From Flaccisagitta enflata (Eukaryota): a stretch of DNA of 64,000 nt. Below, in pieces: positions 52,401 through 64,000 of this stretch; the stretch's first letter is position 1; each line of letters opens with the position of its first letter. The notes beneath the pieces are model-generated. The model saw only the letters and a program-made list of their open reading frames with translations. It searched no databases and was not told the DNA's origin. A program made the translations under genes and the position numbers. The DNA lies in the NCBI GenBank assembly GCA_965153355.1, contig OZ231126.1:8060001-8124000 (forward strand), given 5' to 3'.

Positions 52401-53965
52401 GAAAAAGTTGGTTATTTCTTTTCGCCCTCTTTACCTAATGAGGAGTGACAAATTTTAGGACCCTTATCATTTTTGTTTTATCAAAAATCATTCATCTTCC
52501 GTTTTTTAGAAAATTGTTTTTGAGGGTCTGGAGATGGGGAAGGAAATCTAAGGGGGGAAAAAGAGAAAAAAAGGAAATTTGGGGAAAATATAACTTTTTA
52601 CAGTACCAAATCATAAAACTCAATTAGTAGAACACAATTTAACACTATTCAAACCTTAACTACATAGTTTTATTGCTATATGGGGAAGAAAATCATGGAT
52701 AAAAAAACATGACGCGGCGCGTCGCGGGGAAGAAAATCAAAGGCAGGGGGGGGAAAAAAATCAAAAGCGACTCAAGAATATACACCCCTGGACCCTTATC
52801 ATTTTTGTTTTATCAAAAATCATTCATCTTCCGTTTTTTAGAAAATTGCTTTTGAGGACCTAATTTGTATAATGCAGTGGGATAAAACAATATGCTGACG
52901 TTATTTCAATCAGTTTTCATAATTTTCTACTCTTCACAGAATTACAATTTTGCCTTTTCATTTGCTTTTTCATAACTTATGTTCTGATATTTTAGTTTGT
53001 TTTTTCATACATCATGATTTTTTAAAACAAATAATTATTCTTTTTGTAACAAAACTACATAGGATTTTGCTGAATTCTGGTAAGTCAGTGGAAACTTTAA
53101 GGCCAAAACAAAAACGGAAGATGATGGAATTTTGAAAAAATAGTCATCGTCATGATTTATGCTCCTCCAGATTATGTAAGTAGGGTGAAGGGATACTCCC
53201 AACTTTTGCTATGTAAAGCACCCAACCAATACATACTTCTCATCCTACGGTAGCACATAAGGAGGAAAGCTACTGCTTTCTCTAGCTTCCTCTTAAGCTC
53301 TTTTACCAAACAAGGCCGGATACACGGCTACCTTAGTCGCGTGCGGGTGGGCAGGGGCGGCGAAAAAAGCTAAGCGTGACGGACCGACAGACCGACAGAC
53401 AGATAGACGGACAGAGCGGATTGTAGAGTCGCGTGCACGCGACTTAAAAAACACGAGCCCATGATCGTTAGCTGATAGTTTTTGCGCCTCGCATTTCCAT
53501 GGGCGAGATAGTTTACGTAATGGTCATTTATTTTTTCTCCTTTTTCAGGCGCTGTTTTAGTTCAAATCGATAGGCCCTTTACAGCACCTAGTCGTATATG
53601 TTTAATGTTTATACTACAGCTTTCGTTCAATTTCCAATTTTAAGTCGCGTGCACGCGACTCTACACCCGCTTTGTCCGTCGGTCGGTTGGTCTGTTCCTG
53701 CCCAAAATGGTCTACTGACCTCAAATATGGCTCCTGCCCACCCGCACGCGACTGCGGTAGCCGTGTAACCGGCCTTGTTTTTTTTCATTTATTCATCGAT
53801 TCATTCATTAATGCAGTTTTCATTCATTCATTCCTTCATCTGTCCATTTAATACCCCTTTCGTTTTTCATGAGAAAGTCGATTGATGCGTCATTTAAGAG
53901 ACTTTTGACTCCATCAGCGTCATTTTGGAGGATCATCGAATGAATGGGAATTTCTTCGATCTTCA

Positions 53966-53966
<1 letters not shown>
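33966..53966 (-). CDS. Ankyrin-repeat protein with C-terminal Dpy-30/DYDC-like motif
   Basis: Exons 53855-53966, 49889-50055, 49584-49692, 49048-49217, 48330-48467, 38226(or 38211)-38327, 36581-36674, 33966-34121. Ankyrin motifs span junctions ([55 protein letters not shown]). The Dpy-30 motif is [35 protein letters not shown]. One junction (38.2 kb to 36.7 kb) is phase-discordant. An extra 5' exon at 54307-54358 is possible. Confidence 0.8.
36040..36142. repeat. Interstitial degenerate (TTAGGG)n tract
   Basis: Direct reading. Confidence 0.85.
36999..37500. repeat. 120-bp tandem repeat, ~4 copies
   Basis: ACTTGTCTTGTGGAATGAATT at 37081, 37201, 37321 and a variant near 37440. Confidence 0.9.
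37555..37975. repeat. 74-bp tandem repeat, 3 near-identical plus decaying copies
   Basis: GTCCATTCGAGTTCGAATATCC at 37561, 37635, 37709, then diverged units. Confidence 0.88.
39511..40072. mobile_element. Tc1/mariner-type palindromic MITE, TA TSD
   Basis: Same TIR as 25815-26323 but a different interior that is self-complementary over most of its length. Confidence 0.85.
41527..41898 (+). mobile_element. Non-autonomous element, family D, with 21-bp internal tandem array
   Basis: Termini related to family C, inverted repeat GTCCTGTAGAACACAGG, array (CAGGCCTGAGAGGGCAGATTT)n. Relatives at 16262-17800 (with nested inserts) and 52046-52300. Confidence 0.72.
41976..43026. mobile_element. Tc1/mariner-type palindromic MITE with nested HINE
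   Basis: TA|CAGTGCGACGGGAGCAATGACGACCTAGACTGGA ... TCCAGTCTAGGTCGTCTTTGCTCCCATTGTACTG|TA; the left arm is interrupted at ~42113-42565. Confidence 0.8.
44470..45110 (+). pseudogene. Possible highly decayed Tc1/mariner-like transposase remnant
   Basis: Fragments AFHGDN.NIISP..NANGE and WLNNGAPH resemble the catalytic-domain motifs (IIGP..VNGE, QQDGAPxH); many disruptions. Confidence 0.3.
46582..47930. repeat. ~1.35-kb imperfect palindrome (foldback)
   Basis: 46582-47225 is the reverse complement of ~47275-47930 (e.g. GGACCGCGAGTTCCATTTATTT / AAATAAATGGAACTCGCGGTCC). Confidence 0.88.
48627..49104. repeat. 74-bp tandem repeat made of an exon 3' end plus splice donor
   Basis: About 6 copies of CACTTACCTTGTGCAGCGGTGATTTCCCCGTTTGGTCTCTAGATGCTGCTATGCTGCTGTTGCACATATAAAAG. 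Confidence 0.92.
52385..53225. mobile_element. TIR MITE with 9-bp TSD (family also at ~19775-20291 and ~27088-27595)
   Basis: TIR TTGGGTGCTT..CATAG.AAAAGTTGG; CCAATACAT at 52376-52384 and 53226-53234; interior shared with the other two copies. Confidence 0.8.
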
Positions 53967-54061
<95 letters not shown>

Positions 54062-54639
54062 CGTTGTTGTCTAAAAAAGATTCCTCTCTTCTCTAGTTTC
54101 TTCTTGAATTTTCTTTTTTTGTTTGTATGTTTACTCTTGCGTGTTCTTTCAAAATGATGTAGAAGAGTTTTCCTTTACCCTGTTTGAACATTCAGTTTCC
54201 AATTTTGACTGCTTGTTTCAAGGGGTACATGAACCGTACATGGTTTTGGTTCTCAGCTGAATACCATGGAAACGTATAGAAACATTTCAAAGATCGCGGA
54301 AACTACCTCTCTCTTCTTCTTCTCTCTCTCTTTCCCTTATCCTGATTCCGATGTCCATGTTCTCAAGTCAATCTTCTTGTTCTAGTTCATGGGTTTGTTA
54401 CTCGCACGCAAAACTCGCAGGAAACAAAAGACACTCGCCGGCGATATTCGGAAATCTGCATTCAGAGGGCGCGCAAGTCAGCCCGACCATCTAATACATC
54501 CCAGGGTCGGGACAAAAGAACACATTGGAAGTGAGGGGGGGGGGGGTGTCGACATGAGCAGGGGACCGGGGAGTTGAGCAGGGTCGGTGTGACGAACATC
54601 ACGATTCCACTTATCGACTGACAAGCGGACCAATATATT

Positions 54640-55302
54640 TCATATCCATTAGCCTGTACCTAAATGACAAAAAGCTAAAAAATTAACATTCTACGAGTAG
54701 ATAATGTGGTGGGACTGTCTCAGGCTTCTATTGAAATCAATATTAGCTTTAAAATTCTACTTTTAGGTGGCCGCGCCTTACCCTCTATAAACCCTAACCC
54801 TATGGGAAATCCAAAATTTCAAAGTTCTCAAATTCCAATACTGACTGCAGATTTAGAATCTGCAGAAAAAACTGCCAATTGAAAGTGTTTTCCTTTTTTT
54901 GATATTCCAATTAGAAGGTGGCCAAAAGTGCTGTCAAATATCGCAAAACATACCTTTCTTTTTAATTTCCTTGTAAAATCATTGAACTTACCTTCTTTAA
55001 AAATCTTTAGCGTGGATTTTGATAATGATCCCAAAGGAATTTTGAAAAAAGAAAAGCATTTTCAACAGACAGTTTTTCACCCAGATTTCAAATCTGCAGT
55101 CAAAATTTTAATTTGAGCAGTTTGAAATTTTTAGTTTCTTATTGACCTATGGGAAGTTCAGGGTAAGGCGCGGAAAGCAAGATGTAAGCTTTTAAAGCTG
55201 AAAACGATGACAATAGAAGGCCTAGACAGCTCCACAACATGAACTGCTTGTAGAATTTCGATTTTTTTGGATTTAGTCATTTCAGTACAGGCTAATATCC
55301 AT
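54640..55302. mobile_element. Palindromic MITE-like element
   Basis: ATTAGCCTGTAC..AAATGAC and CCGCGCCTTACCCT and GACTGCAGATTT motifs recur inverted; ends not precisely resolved. Confidence 0.6.
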
Positions 55303-56585
55303 ATTTCGTATGCATAAGATTGTAAGATGATGCTAGACTGCGAGAGAAGGGAGAAAAGACATAAAAAAGTATTGGGAACAGCGAGCAATCTCTTAAGTAG
55401 AACAATACTTCCAATAACATGAAATTTCATGAACAGTACCATGCAAAAATACAAAATAATAACACTTTGACAGCGACATCGTCAACCTTCTTTCCACAAT
55501 AACCATCAGCCTAAACCCATGTCTCCAACGACCAAATCATCCATAATACCGCGACCAACGCATCCATGATAATAAGCAATGATCCCTCCAATAATCCATA
55601 ACGATCCATCCAACTGACTGACTGACTGACTGATTGATGAACGGACATTCCACCGAGAAGGGTCACCCACGATATTGAGCCCGCAATTCCCATTATGTGA
55701 CCAAAACTTACTAGACAGACAGAGGAACAGACCGAAGGACAGATGGACAAACCGTAGGTGCCGATTGGCTTCGAGCCCTCGACTGCATAAAATCTCCTTG
55801 GCCTTGAAAGTTGAACCACCATATCGCTATTTTGATGAAACCAGCGACCGATCGGGTGGCCTAACGAATGACCCCTTCGGGACCGCTGCCCTGCTCCCTA
55901 CCTCAACGAAAATCATAACCCACTGCAGCAGTACACGGGTACCACTGACCATCTAATCCTTCTGCTTTGGAATTTTGAGCGATTTGTGCTCATTGCTCCT
56001 GCCAAAACGCCCCAGTGACCTTCTCCATTACTGCCCCTGGCCAGATTCAAAACTAACTTTATCACAAGTATTGAACTGGTTATTTTCTCTCCACTTGGGA
56101 CAGAAATTGAGTCTGTGATTTTCATCATCAAGACAATCACAGTCTGAGCATATATTTTGGATGCTACCTCCGTAATCTTTCCCACATTGGAGCATTCCAT
56201 ATCGCGCCATCGTTAAGGTTCTAGTCTCGTTTTACGGTGGTTTGCGTACGTAGTCATCGTTAATGTCATCGACTATTGTTGAAGTTTTTGTCTTTTTTAT
56301 TTTTTCACCGTCAACCATTTCGTGGCAGTCGTCTAGGAGTCTATCTTTGTGTTGAGAGGGAGAGAGCGGCAGTTGATGAGGGAGAGGATGAGGCAGAGAA
56401 AAAAGATACCACTGCCCCTGCCCACCCGTACGCTCATTAGGCAGCTCTTTACTCACATGTACGCATTTGGCATGATCGTACGGACGCCGATAGGACCGAC
56501 GCGATATTTGAATATGGGTGTGCCAATTTTGTACCGAAATGCTCAATTTGCAACAATTTCACTCTTTTATTTTTTCACTCTTTTA

Positions 56586-56776
56586 TTTTTAGTCGCGTGC
56601 ACGCGACTCTACAACCCGCTTTGTCCGTCGGTCGGTCGGTTGGTCCGTCACACTTTACTTTTTTTATGATTTTACTTCTTTGACCTCACTGCTCTTGCCC
56701 AAATGGTCTGGTGACCTCAAATATGGCCCCTGCCCACCCGCACGCGACTTTGGTAGCCGTGTATCCGGCCTTGTTT
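56586..56776 (+). mobile_element. Short DINE-1/HINE-like element, family A (representative copy)
   Basis: TTTTAGTCGCGTGCACGCGACT hairpin, (GTCG/GTCC)n tract, subterminal CACGCGACT, 3' stem-loop GCCGTGTATCCGGC then TTGTTT. Related copies at ~1579-1742, 11703-11860, 15866-16035, 16089-16237, 35230-35422, 38030-38167, 42113-42565, 44237-44382, 53309-53450, 53638-53782, 56978-57183. Confidence 0.8.
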
Positions 56777-57835
56777 ATAATAACGTCATTTTTTGGGCAA
56801 GCTTTCTACATTCTTAAATTTTAAGCTGATTTAAGGCTTGAACGTTCTAAAAATGTTCAAAATGTAATATGTATGATTTTTAATGTAATATAGTAGTATT
56901 ATATAAATAGTAATAAAGTGTATAGTAGTAAACATCTTTTTAGTAAAATAGAACATAATATTGTACACATTATAATATTTTTAGTCACCTGCACGCGACT
57001 CTACACCCCGCTTTGTCCGTCCATCTGTCAGCTGGTTGGTCCGTTGGTCTGTCTGTCACACTTTTACTTTTTTTATCAATTTTATTCCTTTTATTCATTT
57101 TAAGTCAATTTAGGGTATTCCAAGTCATTCTAAGTAATTCTAAATGTATCTCTCGCACGCGACTTGTAGGTATTGGCCTTGTTAAAGTAAGATGATACAT
57201 TTTTGACTCGGTTCTTATTTTAATAGTCAAAAAAAATTTTCTTATGTAAAATGAAGCCGTTCAATGTTCTTACCATTGTTCTTAAATTTTGCAAGATTTC
57301 AAGCCTGACGTTCTTAAAAACTTGGTTCTTACAAAAAAAAGAGCGTAATCCAACAACCCTCCCCCCACCCCATATCTCCCTTCCGACCCCCGCATAGTAA
57401 CTCCATCGAAACCCAATAAGGCTCTACATCACCCCTTCTCCCCCCCCCGCCTTCTCCATGAAGGCTCTAAATCACCCCTTCTTTCCCCCCCCCCCCCGCC
57501 TCCCCGTAAAAGTAAGAAAAAAAATCATTCTTCACTTGTTAGGTTCGTTTCACGCCCTTTTCCCTTTTCCCTTTTTTTCCTTTTTTTCCCTTTTTTTTCA
57601 CTCTCGGTGGTCTACGTCTAAGAAGGCGTTTTCTTACTCTGTATCTGTCGCCTCATCTCTTTCTGTCAGTTCAAATTTCTTCACTGCTTTACTGTCAATT
57701 TGTCTGTCAGTCTTTCTGTCTGTTTGTTTGTCTGTTTGCTTGTTTGTCAATTTGTCTCGCTGTGCGTCTGTCCGTCTAAATTTCTCGTCTATTTGTGTTT
57801 TCTAGACTCGAACTGTTTTCTTGGCTCCTCATCCA

Positions 57836-57892
<57 letters not shown>

Positions 57893-58240
57893 GCCTGTCT
57901 GTCTCTCTGTCCGTCTAACTTTCTTGTCTGTTTGTGTATTCTGACGCTCTAGACTCAAGTGCTTTATCGGTCTAAAATCTGGATCCACATCCATGTCTGT
58001 GTCTCTATTCGACTGTTTTCTTCCAACATATCTAGTTGGCCTTAGAGGCATCGGGCACCACTGACCACCTACAGCTTTAGCAATTATCTATCTTAAAATT
58101 TGTCTGTCCGTTTATGCGCTCATCTGTCAGTGTGTCAGCTTCTATGACTGTTTTCTTTCTTGCTCTCTCTCTCACTCCGTCTGTCTGCCAGCGTCTATAT
58201 CTTTGTTCTCTTTATGTCTGTATGTCTGTCTGTCTCTCTT

Positions 58241-58305
<65 letters not shown>

Positions 58306-59008
58306 GTTGTCATTCCTTCATATTCTGCGAGAATAAGGAATGCTATGACTTTGAAATGGGGTGATGTCTGTCGATTCACACACTTGCTTCTCCACTTGGG
58401 GACGAAATTGTCTGAATCTGAGACAAACTCGTTTTAACCCGGTTTTAAAATGAAATATTTAAGAAAAAATTATTTATATCCTTTACGTTATTGCAGGATA
58501 TATTCTTTTATACTCTAAATCTGATAGTAGCAAATTCTATGTCAAAATATCACTGATTTGTGAGTTAGCATAAGTGTGATATTTTGTCTATTGAGGGTCA
58601 TGCTATTCAGAATTGATTTGAGGGTCACATTATTCAAAATTACGTTTTTGTAAAGTATTTTGTTAAGTTGTAGTTTTTTTAGAAGCAGCAAACTTATGAA
58701 GATTAATAAAGACTTGTTCAATATTGAAAACCTGTTACTTGATACAGTAGTGAAAGTAATACAAATAATGATAGTAGTAATGATAGTCTTGTGATGATTT
58801 TTTTTTATTTTCTGTTGTATCTAAAAATATCAATCAATTTTGGAAATGTTACTCGGTCATAGGAACAAAGTATTCACACGCATGTTGTTTGTCTTGTTGG
58901 CGAGGTAGTTGTATCAATGATGATAGTGAAAATGACGTGGAAGACCCCTTTGCGCCTGTATGTGTACAACGAGTAAATGTAACCGCTCTTGCCATGAAAA
59001 CATCAATG

Positions 59009-59075
<67 letters not shown>

Positions 59076-59962
59076 TGATAAGCGCCATGTTTTAGTATAT
59101 CATTTATGCCTATCACTAAATGAATTGAACAAAAAAAAAATAGACTCTCTCTCTCTTGATTGAAGATCCCTGTTCCGTTAATGGCGGTCTAAATGCATTG
59201 TGTCGATTTACCTTGTTTCTTTATCTTGATCTCATGGCGTTGAAGTCTTATTTGTACTGCATTTGTGTTTGCCTGATATACTTTGCGAATACTGTTGGTG
59301 GACTCATAACCTATGACACGCTAAAGACAAAGGGATTGATTCATACCACTTTGTAATCTTTAGAAAGAAATATATCAATTCATCATCATGATATTTACTA
59401 ATGAATCGCTACAAGCCCATTTTACTCACTGCATAATGTCAGAGGTGACACTGCGGGCCCTATGATAATGCATCTTAGTAAATGAATGTAAAAATATCTA
59501 CAGAAATACATAACTCGCACATGCACGTGAGCAATGTTAAGGATGGGTAATATGCACTGTTTTTAATGTGATGTGGAGCCAGGATCTTCTTAGCAACTCT
59601 TACACATTACTATAGGAAAGGCAGGGGTGGCACGACTGTAAATGATGATATCACACAAACTTTTCCTTCTAGATATACAATTGATTGACTGGATTGATAT
59701 TGACCCCCAAATAAACATAACCTTTTGTTAATGATCCGTTCGTAGGATTGTGCTTCAAATCTGACAATTCCAAACCATATTGGTGACTTTTTTTTCTCCT
59801 GGTGAATCCCAGGATGACCGAAGGGCCAGAGGACCAGGCCGCGGACCAAAGCAGTTATTGCATTCAGACCCGGAAATTTATGCCTGAGTGATATTATACC
59901 CACTAAGAGAGAACCAAATTAGGATTCACAAGGGTTCAAAAGAAGAGATAATGAGGGAAAGA

Positions 59963-60358
<396 letters not shown>

Positions 60359-60432
60359 TTAAACTGATACCTCGTTAAAAGAGGTAATGCTACAATTTAT
60401 CAATCATTAAGTCCCTTTATACATCCCCCTTC

Positions 60433-60468
<36 letters not shown>

Positions 60469-60660
60469 CCGGTTTGAGGTTTTGCTCGTCAAGAGTTTGA
60501 AAATATTCAGTGAATTTTTGTTGCCAATTATAAAGTATTGAAAGGAAAAAATTGACATAAAGAGGTCAGGATTTATGAACTGGGTCTACCCCTATATGTC
60601 AATTATGAACCACATTTTTTTGGAGGTTGATGAAGATGAATGCAACCTGCCTAAAGGACG

Positions 60661-60990
60661 ATGATGGATATAGCAAAGGTAACAGTACAGCCATCTATTA
60701 TGAACAGGAACCCGAGCACGTTGTACCAGCTCATATGCTTAGATGAGTACAATTATGAATATAGCAAAGGAAACAGTACAGCCATCTATTATGAACAGGA
60801 ACCCGAGCACGTTGTACCAGCTCATATACTTAGATGAGTACAATTATGAATATAGCAAAGGAAACAGTACAGCCATCCATTATGAACAGGAACCCGAGCA
60901 CGTTGCACCAGCACAGATGCTTCGATGAGTACAATTATGGATAAAGCGAAGGAAACAGTACAGCCATCCAAAAATGAATTGGAGCCTGAG
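60661..60990. repeat. 91-bp tandem repeat, ~3.5 copies
   Basis: GATGAGTACAATTATG at 60742, 60833 and 60924. Confidence 0.88.
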
Positions 60991-62397
60991 CACTATCAAC
61001 CAAATCTTGTCAAAGACAAAATTTTACTAAAGCGTGATGATGAATCTATCAAAGCATTTCAATCATCCACAATAAATTGAAACATTGTTATCAAAAAATA
61101 CGCTTTCCAGGTTCTGTTTTAGGGAAGACTAGGAGTGGTGCATGTAATAACTGGTCAGTGAGGGTTCACAAGGTCCTTTTCATTTGTGAGAGATGGACAA
61201 TATCACTACCCCACCACTTACTTTCAGTTTAGATATTAGTGTGAGATATTGTTCCACTTGTCATACCATATTTGAATGCAAACTATATAAAGAACAACAA
61301 AAACAAAAAACAGTGGTAATATTGAACGCTTTTTTCAAATTTGTATCAGCTGATCGAATGAATTCAACCTGCAAAACAAAAAAAGTTTCCGTAAAATAAA
61401 TCTGCTCTTTTTGCTCATCATACCTCGATTGTTAGTGGTAAAAATGTTTCCAATATGAAGTCTCTGTACTTTCTCTTCATTTCCCAATGAAAATTTGTTT
61501 AGCTCACTTTTCCATAGAATCCGCCTTCGCTATGGCAAACTGTGCCAACTTGTTTCCTGATTTCAGACCCACAAAATATAAGATTTATGTTTTCATTTTT
61601 CCGGAGGAAAAAAAGAAGAAAAAGAAAACGAATTTGAAGAAATGACGGTGGGAAGCGGGAAGAAAGTACCATTTTAATAACGAGACATAAAATGCTTAAA
61701 AGATTTTTGTACCAGCTATAAAAAACTTGTGTCTCCTGTGCGACCATTCATGGGTTTCCATTGCGAAATTTTTAAGACAATCGTGTATTTAACGGGCCAC
61801 TCGCGAGTACTCGGTCGTACGCTGCGTTCGTTCACTCACACCGCTCACTCTGCTCACTCGCTCCGCAGCGCTCCATTTCGCTCCGTTCGCGTGAACACGT
61901 TTTACGGGAAGAAACGCGGTTTTGGCTCTGATTGTCCATGAACAGTCCATTGGTCAGTCCATCTATCCGTCGTCTATGGTTTCGTCAGTATTTTCTGCTT
62001 TTTCATACACCTCCCTAGTCCCCTCTCAGCTGACTCCTATAATTACATAAAAGTTTCCTTCGTTCCTCCGTTGTTTCTCCCTCTAATTCTACCTCATTCT
62101 CGGTTTCTCTCTTACGTCTCCTCGTTTCCATACGCTCAACTTCCCCCCCTCCCTCCCAAGATCACCTTCACTCTATTCAATATCCAAAAATCCCTTTCTA
62201 CTCCTCGTCCCATGCATTTTAGTCGCGAACGAGCGACTCGACACCTTGTGGTGCAAGGCGGTTTGAGCCTTTTGGGGTGGTTGCTTGGTGGTTAGAGGCT
62301 GGGTATGGGAATTTTGTTTAGCTGGGCTGATCTGGCTCATAGTGTGGTGTCGGTCCGTCCGTCCGTCGGCCCGAAATATTTCTAAATATGCCAGTGG

Positions 62398-63215
62398 TTT
62401 TTGTCCGCGACGGAATATCATTCCGACGCGGACTATAATTCAAAGCGGATGGGTGTCGTTGTCGTCGTCGTTGTCGTCGTAAAAAATGGGTAACTTTTGT
62501 ATGCTTTGACCCATATTTGGTGGGAAAATGTATTACGGTAAGGCGCTTTACATCCTATCCAATTTTTATGATCCGACCAACCCAACCGGACCAACCAGCC
62601 TACCGGCCTAAAAGTGAAAAACGTGCATAACTTTGGCATTTTTCAACTGATTTGGTTGAAATTTGGTATGGAGTCTTTAAATGGAAGGACTCAACAAATG
62701 TGTGTGATTTATATGCATTTGAGCATGCTAACCGGCCAAACTGACCTACCACCCAACCAGCATACCGGCCTAAAAGTGAAAAACTTGCATAATTTTATCA
62801 TTTTTCAACTAATTTAGTTGAAACTTGGTATGGGGTCTCTAAATGGAAGAACTCAACATATGCGCACTATTTATCCTGTCAAACCAGCCTACCACCCAAC
62901 CAGCCTACCAGCCAAAAAGTGAAAAATGTGCATATCTTTGGCGTTTTTCAACCAATTTGGTTGAAATTTGGTATGGAGTCTCTAAATGGAAGGACTCAAC
63001 ACATGTATGTGATTTATTCATGTTTGAGCATGATAACCAGCCAAACCGACCTACCACCCAACCAGCTTACCGGCCTAAAAGTGAAAAACTTACATGAATT
63101 GGACATTTTTCAACCAAATTGGTTGAAACTTGGTATGGATTCTCTAAATGGAAGAACTCCACATACGCACACTATTTATCCAAACCAGCCTACCACCCAA
63201 CCACCCTACTACAAC
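62398..63215 (+). mobile_element. HINE-like element with dimeric tandem repeat, copy 3 (opposite orientation, truncated)
   Basis: Starts TTTTTGTCCGCGACGGAATATCATTCCGACGCGGAC, followed by a (GTC)n tract and the reverse complement of the repeats at 13.1-14.0 kb. Confidence 0.78.
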
Positions 63216-63471
63216 CTTGGAAAAAAGTATACCGACAACTTCAACTAAAGATATCTCCGCTTCTAGAAAGGCTAGAAACTTTAAAAAAAAAAAAGGAATT
63301 AATCTTTGCCAAATTATCTTCTGAATGAATGCAATCTGGTTCTTGTAGCTTTAACCGTTTAGAAATGGCAAGCAAAAGAGTAAAAACATTCCTTTTCCAA
63401 AATGCGAAAAAATCAAAAAAGAAGTAGTCAATTTTTTACTGGGTTTCTATTAAAGATACGTTCCCCTTTCA

Positions 63472-63509
<38 letters not shown>

Positions 63510-63833
63510 TTTCATTCTCCCTACCATCACCTGTTACACACCTCACTGCCTCCTTCTGTTTCTCTTTCCATTTCCTCTTCCTGTCACTCAACTTCATTCT
63601 CTCTCGTCCGGCCGTCCTCTCTCCCTTTCCCTCGCTCTTCCTCAACATTAATCCCCTACCTCCCCTTCTTCTCCTTCTCCCTCTCTCAGCACTGGCCTCT
63701 TCCCTCCCCTCTCTCCCTCCCTGCCCTCCCTCACTCCTTCAACATCGGTATTTCTCCCCTCATCATAGTCGTCATAATCAATTTGTCCTTTTACTTTCAA
63801 ATCTTGACTTTTCGCACAAACATTTTTGTGATC

Positions 63834-64000
<167 letters not shown>

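Overview
Repeat-rich eukaryotic (invertebrate animal-like) genomic DNA; no prokaryotic features or CRISPR. Hand-splicing at GT-AG sites recovers four consecutive minus-strand multi-exon genes. From right to left: (1) an ankyrin-repeat protein with a C-terminal Dpy-30/DYDC-like motif (33966-53966); (2) a CLHC1-like protein (10 exons, 11883-32616) with an RFX X-box-like motif upstream; (3) a ~915-aa low-complexity protein whose last exon resembles the small vasohibin-binding protein SVBP (7082-11234); (4) an LRP2BP-like SEL1-repeat gene (4339-6171), incomplete at its 3' end. Introns are inflated by microsatellites, several Helentron/DINE-1-like (HINE) families carrying different internal tandem arrays, TIR MITEs (TA, 4-, 6/7- and 8/9-bp TSDs), long foldback palindromes, a 5'-truncated CR1/L2-type LINE and a ~9.5-kb composite TIR element. 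The most notable points are the SVBP-like tail, tandem amplification of two successive exon/splice-donor junctions in the ankyrin gene, MITEs carrying telomere-like repeats, and an element bracketed by inverted minisatellites. All homology calls are from recalled motif similarity, not database searches. Most ORF-track entries are microsatellite or repeat artefacts.
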